Origin: a virus
Strand: one strand, 5' to 3'
Length of the DNA: 36,777 bases
IMG/VR virus record: IMGVR_UViG_3300028546_000001
Part shown: positions 1-11,190 of the stretch, in pieces
Layout: each line of letters opens with the position of its first letter
Numbering within the stretch: the first letter of the stretch is position 1
Notes under the pieces: model-generated
Told to the model about the DNA's origin: nothing
Seen by the model: only the letters and a program-made list of their open reading frames with translations
The model's database searches: none
Translations under genes and position numbers: made by a program

Positions 1-33
1 ACTTCGACTATACGCAGGTGTTGAGAACCGACG

Positions 34-175
34 ATGAGTACAGTCACCGACCCCTCGAAGCCTGGGCGTATGTCCTGGAGACCCGCAGCGGCTGCGGGCG
101 GGTCTATCACCGCGATAACGCCCCGACTGCGACTGCGACGGACGCTATCGGGCTGAGGAGCACGATGTATCATGA
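34..175 (+). CDS. small CPxC-type zinc-finger-like protein (frameshifted)
   Basis: ATG at 34; rebuilt C-terminus ...CPDCDCDGRYRAEEHDVS*; TGA overlaps the next ATG (ATGA 172-175). Confidence 0.35.
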
Positions 176-477
176 GCACCAAACACAACCGGCCGTGGTA
201 ACTGCCGCGACGGCGTGGTCGACGATTACAAAGACACGCTTCAGACCGACGGCCAGAGGCTTCCCGATGCTTAAAACGCTCAAGATCATCCGCGCGATCA
301 TCGTCAACGTCGGCGTGATCGCGATCGGCATCTACGCCATCCAGTCAGGGCGCGGAGCCGACCCTCTTGGGAACGTTGGCGCTGGCCGTTCTCGGCGGCT
401 ACAACGGGCTCGAACTGAGCGACTACACGGCGTTGCTGCAGGCTTACGACGAAGTCCAGAACCGAACGGGGAAATAG
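172..477 (+). CDS. small two-TM membrane protein upstream of terminase (putative holin-like)
   Basis: Rebuilt ...DDYKDTLQTDGQRLPMLKTLKIIRAIIVNVGVIAIGIYAIQSG..TLALAVLGGYNGLELSDYTALLQAYDEVQNRTGK*; two hydrophobic segments. The holin role is inferred from size and position only. Confidence 0.55.
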
Positions 478-479
478 GA

Positions 480-1038
480 ATGAGTGAAACTGACCTCACC
501 ACGATCCCGAACATCGGGCCGACAAGGCCGCGGCGCTGAAAGCCGCTGGCTTCGAGACCACCGACGAGGTCGAGGCCGCCGACGTCGACGAGCTGTGTGA
601 GGCCGACGGGATCGGCCGCCGGACTGCCGAGGACATCCTCGGGATCTCGTCGCTCGACCGCGGTGGCAAAGGAAGCCAAGTTCGAAGACGTCCGCGAGGA
701 CCTCCTGGACGTCGCCACCCGAGCCGGTGACCGACGGGATCGTCGCGAACGCCGCGGGGATCTCTCGGTCGACGTTGCACAACTACCTCGATCGACACCC
801 TGAGTTCGAGCGCGAGTACCGACAGGCTCGGGCCCCAGAACGCCCGCGATATCACGGGCCTCATGCTCGACGACGAGTGGGACGGCGAGGATCGTAACCT
901 GCGGTTCATCGCCGAGCGCGCCCACGGCTTCGTCAAGACCGAAAGCGCGAGGTCGAGGGCAGCATGGAACACACCGGCGAAGGAGGCGGCCCGATGGAGG
1001 TGACTGTCCGCCGTGAGCGTTACGACCCAGACGAGTGA
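480..1038 (+). CDS. terS: terminase small subunit with N-terminal helix-hairpin-helix domain
   Basis: MSETDLTTIPNIGPT(K)AAALKAAGFETTDEVEAADVDELCEADGIGRRTAEDIL (two HhH motifs), then HTH-like ANAAGISRSTLHNYLDRHPEFEREY and a C-terminus ending EHTGEGGGPMEVTVRRERYDPDE*; directly upstream of TerL. Confidence 0.7.
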
Positions 1039-2371
1039 GGGCGCTGTCGAGGTCGGTGGTCACTATTGGGACGCCCAACTGCGGACCTTCGACGCCCTCG
1101 AATCCGGCGACTACGACGTCGTCGTCTTCCGAACCGGCTACGGTGGCGGCAAGACCGTCCTTGGGTCGGACTGGATCTCACCGAGGCCGTCCAGACCCCA
1201 GACGGCCACTACCTCGTGCTCGCGCCCGACCGTCAGAAAGGCGGCCCGGCCACCTACAAAGGCTTTTTCGAGCGCCTCCCGGGCGAGAACACAGTCCCGA
1301 ACGACTCCGCCGGCGACCCTGAGAACTCGCCGATCGTCGCTGGGTATCACGGCACCAAACACCGCCTGACGCTCATCAACGGCGCGGTCGTCCAGCTCGG
1401 CGGGGCCGACGTCTGGTCGCGCTTCGCCGGCTCGGAGTTCAACGCGATCTGGATGGATGAGGTCGCCCACTACGGGACGACAGACCTCTACGATCTCCAC
1501 GAGATGCTCGTCACCCGTCAGCGGACAGAGGCGGGCCCGAACGTCACGCTGTGGACCTCGACCGGCAACGGGTTCAACCAGTTTTACGACATCACCGAGC
1601 GGCAAGTCGACGAAGATGACGAAGCCCTACGGTGGAGCGACCGCTTGAAGATCGTCGTCGGGTCGTCGCTCAACAACCCGTTTTAGAAAGAGAAGATGCG
1701 GGCCCAGTTCGGGGCTCCGAACGCGAGGCCCAAGCGCTGCATGGCGGCTTTAGTGCGGCGACGGGGCTCGTCTACGCCGACTTTTCACGGAACCTACACG
1801 TCACCCCGACCGACGGACTCGCCGATCGCCTCGTCGAGGGACTGGGCGATTTACGGCTACGACGCGGGGTGGGACGACCGCGCGTGCTGCTCGATATTCG
1901 AAAGACCCACACCGACCAGTTCGTTGTCTGGGACTCGTTTTACGAATCCGAGTCGCGGCTCGCCGAAGTGGTCGATCCCGACGGCATCCTCGACGGTCGG
2001 GAGGCGTGGATCAAAAGGGGCGGCCAAAGGGGATCGTCTACGCGGAACACGAACCCGCGCGCACATCCGACAGTTCAAGGCTGCGGGCTGGCCTGCCGTC
2101 AAGGCCGAAAAAGAGCCTCGACGGCGGCATCGACCACGTCCGCGACCGTCTTGCCGTTGATGAAGACGGCCGCCCTGGCGTGCTCATCGCCGATCGGTGC
2201 AGCGATCTCATCCAAGAGTTCGCCTCGTACAAGGAGGACCAAGTCGGGAAGTCGGCGGCAACCGACCACGCCCTTGACTCGCTTCGGTACGCGCTCTTTA
2301 CGCATTACCAACGCTACTCGGGCGACCGGCAGAGTGGTTCGAGCGGTGGCGGTTCGGAGCTCATCAACTAA
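1013..2371 (+). CDS. terL: terminase large subunit
   Basis: Walker A RTGYGGGKT, Walker B AIWMDE, nuclease-domain motifs GYDAGW and DHALDSLRYA; spans several frames. Confidence 0.95.
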
Positions 2372-2373
2372 CC

Positions 2374-2454
2374 ATGACACGAGACAAGACAGCGATCGTC
2401 GAAGACGAAGAGACGGTCGACAAGATCGCCGAGGAGGACAAAGACGATGAGTGA
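2374..2454 (+). CDS. 26-aa acidic ORF between terL and portal
   Basis: MTRDKTAIVEDEETVDKIAEEDKDDE*; uninterrupted, starts 2 nt after the terL stop, stop overlaps the portal start. Confidence 0.45.
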   Translation: MTRDKTAIVEDEETVDKIAEEDKDDE

Positions 2455-3989
2455 CGACGACACCAGCACGGTCAAGTCATCGCTGGTCGGGATGCAGAAG
2501 GCCGCCGGGTCGGCGCGTCATCCGACCAACTCGACGAGCGCTCGATCGGCATCACTGTCGGGCAGGGCATCGCAACGCCCTACCCGACCCACCAACCGCC
2601 GGGCTCCAGGAACTCAACGGCACGCACGCGGTGTGTGTTGAGAAAAAGTCGAAGCGTGAGGTCGGCTACGGCTTCGAGATCGTGCCGCACGAAAACGTCG
2701 ATCCGGAAGACGCCAGCGAAGACGAACGGATTGCTGGAGAACTTCTGGCGGTCGCGGAGACGCTCTGGAAACTCCGGGCCGAAGGGGACGGCTCGCGGCA
2801 CGCCGACCGAGATGCACGAGAAGGCCCGCCAAGACTACCACGGTATCGGGTGGGCGGCCCTCGAAATCATCTACGCCGAGTTCGATGACGAACCTGCGGG
2901 GATGAGCTACCTCCTGCCAAGACCGTCCGCGTCAAAAGCAACCCGGGATGGCGATGGGTTCATCGACGAACAGATCGCGGGCCACGGATACGTTCAAAAG
3001 CGCAACGGGCAGACGCGCTTTTCGCCGAGGCGGGCGATCGGCAGAACACGGACCTCAACGATAACCCCGACCCGCGGTATGTCGACCGGGAGACGGGCGA
3101 GGTCTACCAATCCCATCGAGACGATGCGAAACGAGGGTGCGAAGCCAGCCAACGAGCTGCTGTTCATCCCGAACCCGCACCCGAACACGCTGTACTACGG
3201 CCCGCCGACATGGATCAGCGAGATTCAGACGATGGTCGCCGACCAGGAGGCGCGGCGGTTCAACCGCGAGCGTCTCGAAAACAACCTCATCCTGACTACC
3301 TCATCATCGTCGAGGGCGGCGAACTCTCCGAGGAGTCCCGCAAAGAGGTTCGGGAGCATATCGAGGGGCTCCGCGACGGCGATGGTCCGGGGGCGTTGAT
3401 CCTGGAGGCCGACGACCCGTCGACAAAGGGATCGGCGTCGAAGACCAGAACGTCAAGATCCGCGTCGAGCCGGCGGCTCACTACGGCGACGAAGACATGA
3501 GCTTCGCCAACTACCGGGAGATGAACGAGAAGGACATCGCCAAGGTCCACCACGTCCCCTGCAGATCCTCGGGAACCACGACGCGACGAACGCCAACACC
3601 GAGGAGGCGATCCGAGAGTTCACTGAAGAGACAATCGCACCGGAGCAAGAGCGCTACGCCGAGCGCCTCTATCGCGTCATCCACCAGCAGATCCTGGACG
3701 TCCACGACTGGACGGTCGACTTCGTCACCAAGGGCGCGCGCAACGAACGCGAGCGGGCCGAGATCGGGAAGATGACCGCCGACTCGGTCAAAGAGGTGCT
3801 GACGGTCAACCAAGCGCTCGAACTGTTCGGCCTCGAACCCCCGCGATGACAGATCGGCGAGCGACTCGTCTCCGAGGTATCAACGCAACAGACGCCGGGG
3901 GCGTACCGACGAGGCAGTCACCCAAGTCGCACAGTCGGCGCGCGAAGAGAAGGCCGACGAGCGGATCAAACGCGGGCGTCGGGGACTGA
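2447..3989 (+). CDS. portal protein (HK97/PBSX-like)
   Basis: Position after terL; segments LAGLQELNGTHAVCVEKKSKREVGYGFEI, LLFIPNPHPNTLYYGPPTWISEIQTMVADQEARRFN, SFANYREMNEKDIAKVHHVP, TVNQALELFGLEP; the end is approximate. Confidence 0.88.
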
Positions 3990-3991
3990 CC

Positions 3992-4848
3992 ATGTGCGAG
4001 GCGTGCGGCGGTCGGCAAGTTCCACAAAAACGCCGAGTGCTCTCGAAAGTCGAGTTCTCGCCGGAGGAGGAGAGCGTGTTTTTCAGACGTTCCTCGACGA
4101 CTACATCGACGCCGTCCAGCCGGTCGAGAACGACATCGAAGCGTTCCTCGACGAGGCCAGTGAGGAAGACCTCCGAATCGCTCGAATCGCTCGCGGCGAG
4201 ATCCAACAGCGAGCGGGCGACTACACCAACGACTTCGAAGTGGTGTTCCGGGAAACGGTGAGGACGGTATCCTCGCCGGGCGTGAGCTGGCCGTCCGCCA
4301 GGAGGAGATCGACGTGGCGTTCGACGTTGTCCCCGACCGGACGCTCGACATCCTCGACGAGTGGGTTGACGTCGCCGCCGGGAGTACCCTGGAGACGATC
4401 ACCGAAGACTCGGCGCGGTGGCTCCGCGGGGCGCACAAAGACGGGCTGTCGATCCCCGACATCGCCGACAAGCTCAACGATGAGCTATACGACGGCCGCC
4501 TCGAAGGCTACGTCGCCGAGCGCGCGGCCCGCACGGGGACGATCTCAACGTCGAACGCTGGCGCACACTCGGCGCACGAAGACGCCGACAGCGTCGTCGG
4601 CGAACAGTGGCTGACGTCGATCGATGGGCGGGAGCGCGACTCGCACGCGCAAGCCCACCAACAGGTCGTCGCCGTGGGAACGTCCTTCGAAGTCGGCGGC
4701 GTCTACCTCGATCACCCTGGTGACCCACGCGCCGGTCAGCGAGATCGCCAACTGTCGCTGTGCGACGGCGGCGGTGTTCGCCGATCAACTCACCGAGAGC
4801 CAACTCGAAACGATCCAGAACGGCGGTCGCGTGACGGCCGCGATCTGA
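3992..4848 (+). CDS. head morphogenesis protein (SPP1 gp7 / Mu gpF-like)
   Basis: AERAARTGT, QWLTSIDGRERDSH, HPGDP..P.SEIANCRC motif series typical of MuF; follows the portal. Confidence 0.88.
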
Positions 4849-4919
4849 CACAACCACCGATGACGGCATCCCGCCGGGGGGCTGCCAGAGGTCCATATCC
4901 CGGCGTTCTCAACGGGACA

Positions 4920-5584
4920 ATGACACAGACAGAGCCGCGGCGCTCCAGAAAACCGTCGCCATCAAAGCGACCGACGAGGACGAGCGGACCGCGACGGGCG
5001 CGGCTCTCGTCCCCAACGAGGTCGACGGCGACAGCGCGACTTTCTCAAGCCCGCTGGCATCGAGGCGATGTATGCACCGATCCCGACGACGGGGTCATGC
5101 ACTACCGCTTCGCCGATGATGACGCGGAACTGGTCCGCAACGAGATCATCGACGAGCCCGAGACCATTGGCGGCAAGGAGTACGCCGCCGGCTCGTGGAT
5201 CATCACGCGAAAGTACCACGATGATGAGCTGTGGGCGCTCGTCGATGACGGCGTGCTCACTGGCTTCTCGATCGGCGGCGAAGTCAGCGAGGAAGTCGAA
5301 CGGTCGGCCGATGAACTCGGCGATGGGGTGAACTTCCCGGCCGAGGTCCGAATCCGGGCTTCGGAGATCCTCAACGGCTACACGGCCGAGATCTCCGACG
5401 TCGACATCCCGGCGGTCCCGAACGCCGACCACGCGGAGAAGTCTCTCACAAAGAACCTCGTCGAGCGGGCCGGTGACGAGGAGTCGTTTGTCGAGATGAT
5501 GGAACCGGGGGGCACTCCGAGGAGGATGCCCGACGGCTGTGGGGGCACCTGCAGTCGCCGACCGACAAGGCACAACAACCATGA
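4920..5584 (+). CDS. prohead protease (XkdF-like serine protease)
   Basis: TATGAALVPNEVD, GVMH, GSWIIT, DGVLTGFSIGG, EISDVDIPAVPNA; TGA overlaps the scaffold ATG. Confidence 0.8.
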
Positions 5585-6526
5585 CCAACGACACTGACGA
5601 CCCCGACGCCCCGCCTCTTGACGACGTCGATGACGCCACGCTCGGCAAGCGGCTCAAGGGCCTACTTTTCGGAGGTGACGACGGCGACGGCGACGGCGAC
5701 GACACCGACAGCATCGAGCTGGTCGACGCCGACCCGACCACGACCGCAAAGGCACTGACGCTCGCCAAAGAGGGCCGCACGCTCTCGGAAGCAAACCGAG
5801 AGACGCTGATGGTGGCCCACGACGCCGTCGAGGCGGCGCTCGCGTCGGATATGGACTTCGAGACGAACCGGTTCACAGACAGCGACGAGTACGCCTTCGA
5901 CGTTGCCCAGTATGGCGACTCCGAGGAGAAGGCGCTCGAAAAGCTCACCGAAGAGCAGGGCCAGCTCGTCGCCAACGCCGTCCAACGCTTCGTCGACGCG
6001 CAGGGTGACGCCACATTCGGGGAGTTCGAGAATGGCTGTGGCAGACTGATGCGCTTCGACGACGACACGGCCTTCGCTTCCGACGAGGCGGCGTGGGAGT
6101 TCGTGGAGTGGACGCGCGAGCAGCGAGAGAACGCGGCCGTCAGCGAGGAGTTCATCCCGTACGTGATGGCCGAGAGCGACACCGACACAGAGATCACGAT
6201 GAGCAAAACCGACGACACCGACACCAGCGGAGACGCTGACACCGACAAGTTCGCCAACGCCCCGAATGGGCGGAGGCGCTCAAAGGAACAGGCAGACAAG
6301 AACGCCGATCGCCTCGCCGACCTCGACAAGACCGACGACGGCGACGCACTCGAAGACGCCCCTGAGTGGGCAAAGGCCCTACACGAGCAGTCCGAGAAGA
6401 ACGCCGAACGGATCGACAAGGTCGCCAAAGGCCAGCGCCGAGAGCGACCAGGTCGACGGCGCGGAGAAAACCAGCGAGGAAGATGACGAAGCGAGCGCGT
6501 TCAAGGCCGCGCTCGGAGGGGACTGA
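5581..6526 (+). CDS. putative capsid scaffolding protein (very acidic, coiled-coil)
   Basis: Lies between protease and MCP; contains GRTLSEANRETL; duplicated APEWA.AL.EQ..KNA.R motif near the C-terminus; ends AFKAALGGD*. Confidence 0.7.
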
Positions 6527-6528
6527 GC

Positions 6529-7548
6529 ATGTCGACCAAGCACGCACCGCGAAACCCAGAGCCTGCAGAAGAGCCCGATCAACACGACCGACCTCAGCGG
6601 CGCGCAACTCCCCGAGACCTCTTCGAGGAGTTCATCGAGCGGACCCAAGAGGAGAGCGAACTCCTCGACATGGTCCGCGTCGAGCTGCTGGCGCGAAAAA
6701 GAGATGGCGAAGCCGAAGATCGGCGTCCCCGAACTCTCGGGTGGCACCCGTGCTGAAGACGGCAGCCGCCCCGAGACGTCCAGCGCCACCAGTGGTGCTG
6801 TCGAGTTCAACGTCACCGGTCAGTACTACTACATCAGTACGACCTCAAAGAGGACGCCGTCGAGAACACGATGTCGGATGAGCAGGTCGCCAATCTCATC
6901 CTTTCGCACTTCGAGCGCGCGTGGGCCAACGACGTCCAGAACCTCGCGATCAACGCCGGCGCACCGGTTCCAGCCCCGGCCTCACTCAACGACAAGTTCG
7001 ACGGCTGGATCGCGATCGCCGAGGGCAACGACACCGCCTCGGACCGCATCGGGATCGACGCCGACGGCGAGACCGTCGACACGATGCCGACGTACATCCA
7101 CACCGACACCGGGGACGCAGCGGGGACCGCCCAGCCGGTCAACACCGATCTGTTCAACTCGATGATCCAGACGGTCCCCGAGCGGTTCCGCGACGAGGAC
7201 GAGCAGGTCATCATGCTGAGCAAGTCCCAGCTCCAGGCGTACCACTCCGGGCTGACCGAGCGGAACGACGGGCTCGGCGTCGTGGTCCTGCAGGGAGACT
7301 CGGATGTTACCCCGTTCGGCTACGACATCGTCGGCGTCAGCTACTGGCCCGACGACATCGCGATGCTCATCAACCCCGACCAGCTCGCCTTCGGGCCGTA
7401 CGAGGCCATGGAGATCACGCAGACCACCGACTCCGACAAGACGATGGACGAGGCGCTCCACTCGCGGACGTTGCTCGAAGGACAGTTCGACTTCCAGATC
7501 GAGGAACTGCAGAGTGGCGCACTCGCCACCAACATCCAGGCACCCTGA
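6529..7548 (+). CDS. major capsid protein (HK97 fold)
   Basis: GAQLPRDLFEEFIERTQEESELLDMVRVE..., YDLKEDAVENT, FERAWANDVQNLAING-like segment, TPFGYDIVGVSYWPDD, FDFQIEE; about 340 aa in the canonical MCP slot. Confidence 0.9.
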
Positions 7549-7554
7549 TAACGG

Positions 7555-7875
7555 ATGACTGAACGAGTCCGTCATGTTAGTGGCCCCGGCCGTCTCAACC
7601 ACGGCGCTCTGTCGGGCGTGTCCACTCACGGTGACGAACACGAACTCGACGCCGACACAGCCGCGTACTTCTGTGACGAACTCGGCTACTTCGAGCGCAC
7701 CGGCGAGGTCACGCTCGGCGAGGACGAGTACAGCGTCAAGTCTACCGACGTCGAAGAGGACCTCGAAGACCTGACCTACGACGAACTGCGGGATCTCGCC
7801 ACCGAGGCCGAGATCGACGGGCGTGGGTCGATGAACAAAGACGAACTCATCGCCGCGCTGCGAGACCAGGAGTAA
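7555..7875 (+). CDS. head-associated protein with C-terminal Rho-N/HeH-like domain
   Basis: Intact 106-aa ORF ending LEDLTYDELRDLATEAEIDGRGSMNKDELIAALRDQE. Confidence 0.75.
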   Translation: MTERVRHVSGPGRLNHGALSGVSTHGDEHELDADTAAYFCDELGYFERTGEVTLGEDEYSVKSTDVEEDLEDLTYDELRDLATEAEIDGRGSMNKDELIAALRDQE

Positions 7876-7880
7876 ACTGA

Positions 7881-8506
7881 ATGGCCGACCCAGAGCGATA
7901 CCTGACGGTCGAGGAGCTACAGCGCGAGCTGCCGTTCCATTGACCGACATCAATCCCGACCTGACCGAAGCGGAGTACGACCAACTACTTCAGGACGCAC
8001 TCCGCAGCGAGTCGGCTCGGATCGAGCGCTGGGTCGACGCGTCGAGTTTTCGCTCACCCCAACAACCGAGCAACTCTCGCGCCCCGAGAGCGTCCCCGAG
8101 CGCGAACTCCCACTCCCCGAACGGCCGATCGAATCGGTCCAGTCGGTGACCGTTGAGACAACGTCGGTCACGGATCTCACCGAAGGCGAGGACTACGCCG
8201 TCGAGGGGAGACACACCTCGTCTTACTCAAGGACGCCGCAGTCAACGAGTGGCCGACTGAGTACCGCAGCATCTCGGTCGAGGGACCCACGGCCACGACG
8301 GCGTCCCGGCCGATGTCGAAGAGGCGCTCGTCCGGCTGTGTCGCGCACGGCTCAAGCGCACCCAATCCGACGGTCTCGAATCCGAGAGCACTGGCGACGG
8401 CTCGTCGGTGAGCTACGAACCCGACGAGGTGATGCTCAGTGGCGTCTACGCGACGGTCGACGACTACGACGCGCCATCCTACTACGGAGGCTCGTCGGTC
8501 GTATGA
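7881..8506 (+). CDS. head-tail adaptor (gp6/gp15-like)
   Basis: MADPERYLTVEELQREL..., LPLPERPIESVQSV, EGEDYAV, GHDGVPADVEEALVRLCRARL, DGLESESTGDGSSVSY; position after MCP. Confidence 0.75.
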
Positions 8507-8868
8507 TCCCGAACCGTTGGACGCATCGCCTGACAGCCGAGCGCGGGAGACTGACAGCGCAGGCACCGACGAGTACGGTGCAGCCGCTTCCCGGCGGCAG
8601 CGAGACCGTCATCGGAGACGAGCCCGTCCGTTACCGCCCAGAGTCGACGACGTACGTCCGCACCGAGACGGGCGAACGCGTCAGCGTGCGGCGACGGTCG
8701 TCACACGCGGCCATCTCTTCGGCGAACTTCAGGAGGGCGACACGCTCGAACTTACGCCACTCGGCGGCGGGACAACCATCTCCGGCGTGGAGGTGGTCGG
8801 TGTCGAACCGCAGTACGGCCGCCACAAACGACCGACGTCGCTGGTTATCGAGGTGGACGGGGTCCAAC
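8503..8868 (+). CDS. head closure/stopper protein (putative)
   Basis: ATGA-coupled start; beta-rich ~120-aa protein in the stopper slot; the end is approximate. Confidence 0.55.
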
Positions 8869-9235
8869 ATGGACATCGACTTCCAGATCCAGAACGCGAA
8901 GGATATGCGTTCGATGGCCGAGCGCCTGCAAGAACTTCAGCAGGACGTCCAAAACGGGATCGACGCCGTCGCCGAGGAGATCGGTCTGCGGATCGTCGGC
9001 GACGCACGGCGTGGGGTCAACGTCGACACGGGGCGACTCCGAGCCTCGATCGACTTCGAGACCGAACGCGAAGGTGAGTTCAAGGCCACCGTCGCAGTCG
9101 GTTCGAACGTTGAGTACGCGATCTCCAAGAGTTCGATAACCCCTACGTCCGCCCGGCGATTGAGGAGAACCGCGAGACGATCACCAGCCTCCTGAAGAGG
9201 CCGTCGCCGAGGCGGCCGAGGAGAATAGCGCATGA
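8869..9235 (+). CDS. HK97 gp10-like tail completion protein
   Basis: ARRGVNVDTGRLRASI, VGSNVEYA..QEF..PYVRPAIEEN signature. Confidence 0.85.
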
Positions 9236-9736
9236 CACCCGACACATCCGACCGCGCCGATGGGCGAGTCCGTGAGCTGCGCGGGCTGACGCTCCAGCGG
9301 CTGCGGTCTCACGACGAGCTGGTCGCGCTCCTGGAGGGCGTCGTCGACGACGCGACGGCAGTCATCCTCCGTCGTTCTCGATGAGCCGCTACCGAAACGA
9401 CGACACCGCACCCGATCCGCCGGAGACGGCGCTCGCGGTGTCGGTCGTCACGGGCTCGTCAAGCCGACGCAACCTCAAGGAGGACGTCAACCTGACCGTC
9501 CAGGTCGAACACGAGTTCCGCGCGCGAACGTCCGCCCGTCGCCCGGCGGCGTGTCGTTGGGCGTGCTGCCGTGGCACGACCGCATCGCCGACGGATCTCG
9601 GCCGTCATGACCACCCAAGTCGCTGGGTGGGAGGCCGAGGGCGAAACGGGCGGGACGCCCGGAGCCGCTGTGGGACGACGACCGCAACCGGTACCGATCC
9701 GTCAAACGATTCGATATCGGCGGCTACGGCCGCTGA
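9232..9736 (+). CDS. tail terminator protein (putative)
   Basis: ATGA-coupled; about 165 aa between gp10-like and tail tube genes; ends EPLWDDDRNRYRSVKRFDIGGYGR*. Confidence 0.55.
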
Positions 9737-9767
9737 TAGCAGTTAGCAGTTTCAGCAACATACACAC

Positions 9768-10316
9768 ATGTCAACAGTTAACCGAACCAACAACACCGAA
9801 GTCGAGAACAGCCAAGTCGCCATCATCCTCGCCGACGAGACGGGCGCCGACCCGACGCGCGGACGGTGCTCGCGCTGGCGAGCAAAGACGACCTTCGACG
9901 GCGTTCGACGAGTCCACCGAGGACTTCACGCCCAGCGCAGAACGCCAGACGCGGCAGTACCGCACGAGCCAGACGTTCACTGTCGAGGTCTCGTCGGCGC
10001 TCGCGGCCGACCTCGAAGCGATGACCGAGATCGGGCTGGCGAGCGACAGCGGAACCGACGGTATCGAGTTCTCGACGTCCACCGACGACCGCCGGATCGG
10101 CTTCGGCGAAGAGAAGTACGTCGAGATCGCCTACCCGCCGACGAGCTCCCGAGCCGATCTCTCATCGTTCGACGTCGTCGCCGACACCGAACTGCTCCAC
10201 CGCTTTGGCGACTGCAAGCTCATGAACCCGAGATCGACCCCTCCTCAACGCCGCCGATGGCGTCTGGGAGTGGGCCGTCGAGGGAGAAGTACATCGACTA
10301 CGACCCGGCAGCATAA
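9768..10316 (+). CDS. major tail (tube) protein
   Basis: About 180 aa, acidic, in the slot before the chaperone and TMP; no sheath gene is present. Confidence 0.7.
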   Translation: MSTVNRTNNTEVENSQVAIILADETGADPTRGRCSRWRAKTTFDGVRRVHRGLHAQRRTPDAAVPHEPDVHCRGLVGARGRPRSDDRDRAGERQRNRRYRVLDVHRRPPDRLRRREVRRDRLPADELPSRSLIVRRRRRHRTAPPLWRLQAHEPEIDPSSTPPMASGSGPSREKYIDYDPAA

Positions 10317-10322
10317 TCTCCC

Positions 10323-10888
10323 ATGAGCACTAAAATCGCCAACCCCGACGCGCTCGGGGACACCCCGCGATGCGCTCGAAGAAAAGCGTCAGTCGCGAAA
10401 AAGACGAACGTCTCGAACTGCAGGGCACGGCCCGCGACCTGTTCGTCGCCCGCAACGAGGACACCTTCGAGATCGAGGTCCACGGCAACGACATCGAGTT
10501 CTACCGGCCCATGTCGGCCCGGGACGTCGAACTCACGGGCGTCGACGAGGAGACCCGCGAGCGGATCGAACACGGCGCGGCACTCCTCGACGAGTTCGAG
10601 GCTCGGCAGCATCGACTCATGCAGGCGACGCAGTCTGACGACATGTCGCTTCAACGACCTCATCGACGAGTCGAAAGGTGGTGTCGAGCTAATGGCTGAA
10701 GTGCTGCTGGCCGCCCACGCCGTCGACGAATCGCTGCAGGACGCCCGAGCGTGGCGGTCGATCTACCGCAACGACAACAAGCTGGGGACCTGTTCGAGGA
10801 TTTTACCGCGGAGGGCGACGGCCAGTCCCAACAGGAGAAGCTCAACGCCTTGGAGAATCTGACCTCGGACAACACCTCTACGAGCTGA
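10323..10888 (+). CDS. tail assembly chaperone (gpG-like)
   Basis: Between tail tube and TMP; contains FEIEVHGNDIEFYRPM; rebuilt end EKLNALENLTSDNTSTS*. Confidence 0.7.
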
Positions 10889-11013
10889 AGAAAGAGGTGG
10901 GGATCGACCCCCAAGAGTGGTACGCGATGGATCAAGCGGAGCAAATGTTTTGGACGAGCGCACACAATCAGCACGTCGAACATGTCACACCCGACAACCA
11001 ACAGCGACACTGA
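10798..11013 (+). CDS. gpT-like -1 frame extension of the tail chaperone
   Basis: Stop-free -1 frame ...GQHLYELKKEVGIDPQEWYAMDQAEQMFWTSAHNQH...; candidate slippery heptamer G_GAT_TTT at 10798-10804. Confidence 0.55.
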   Translation, partial: GFYRGGRRPVPTGEAQRLGESDLGQHLYELKKEVGIDPQEWYAMDQAEQMFWTSAHNQHVEHVTPDNQQRH

Positions 11014-11190
11014 CACTGACGAGCGGAGCCAAGCAGCGAACAACCGGCTGTTTGGTGGGATCCTCGTGCTCGTTGGCGCTGTCGCGGCGACTGTCGGGCT
11101 GCTGTTCTGGCCAGCGCTGGTGGTCGCCCTCCTCATATGGGGCTGGCCGCCGTGGCCGTCGTGCTGTCGTTCGTCTCCGATGACGAGTAA
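10982..11190 (+). CDS. small two-TM membrane protein between chaperone and TMP
   Basis: RLFGGILVLVGAVAATVGLLFWPALVVALLIWG(L)AAVAVVLSFVSDDE*. Confidence 0.6.

Noticed and set aside
5678-5712. GACGGC tandem repeat
   Set aside because: Simply encodes a Gly-Asp acidic linker in the scaffold protein.
4962-7953. Long minus-strand ORFs (4962-6428, 6982-7953; likewise 12303-13535)
   Set aside because: Shadow ORFs of GC-rich acidic plus-strand genes, with no recognisable motifs.
9737-9760. TAGCAGTTAGCAGTTTCAGCA short repeat before the tail tube gene
   Set aside because: Too short and degenerate to call an operator; not seen elsewhere.
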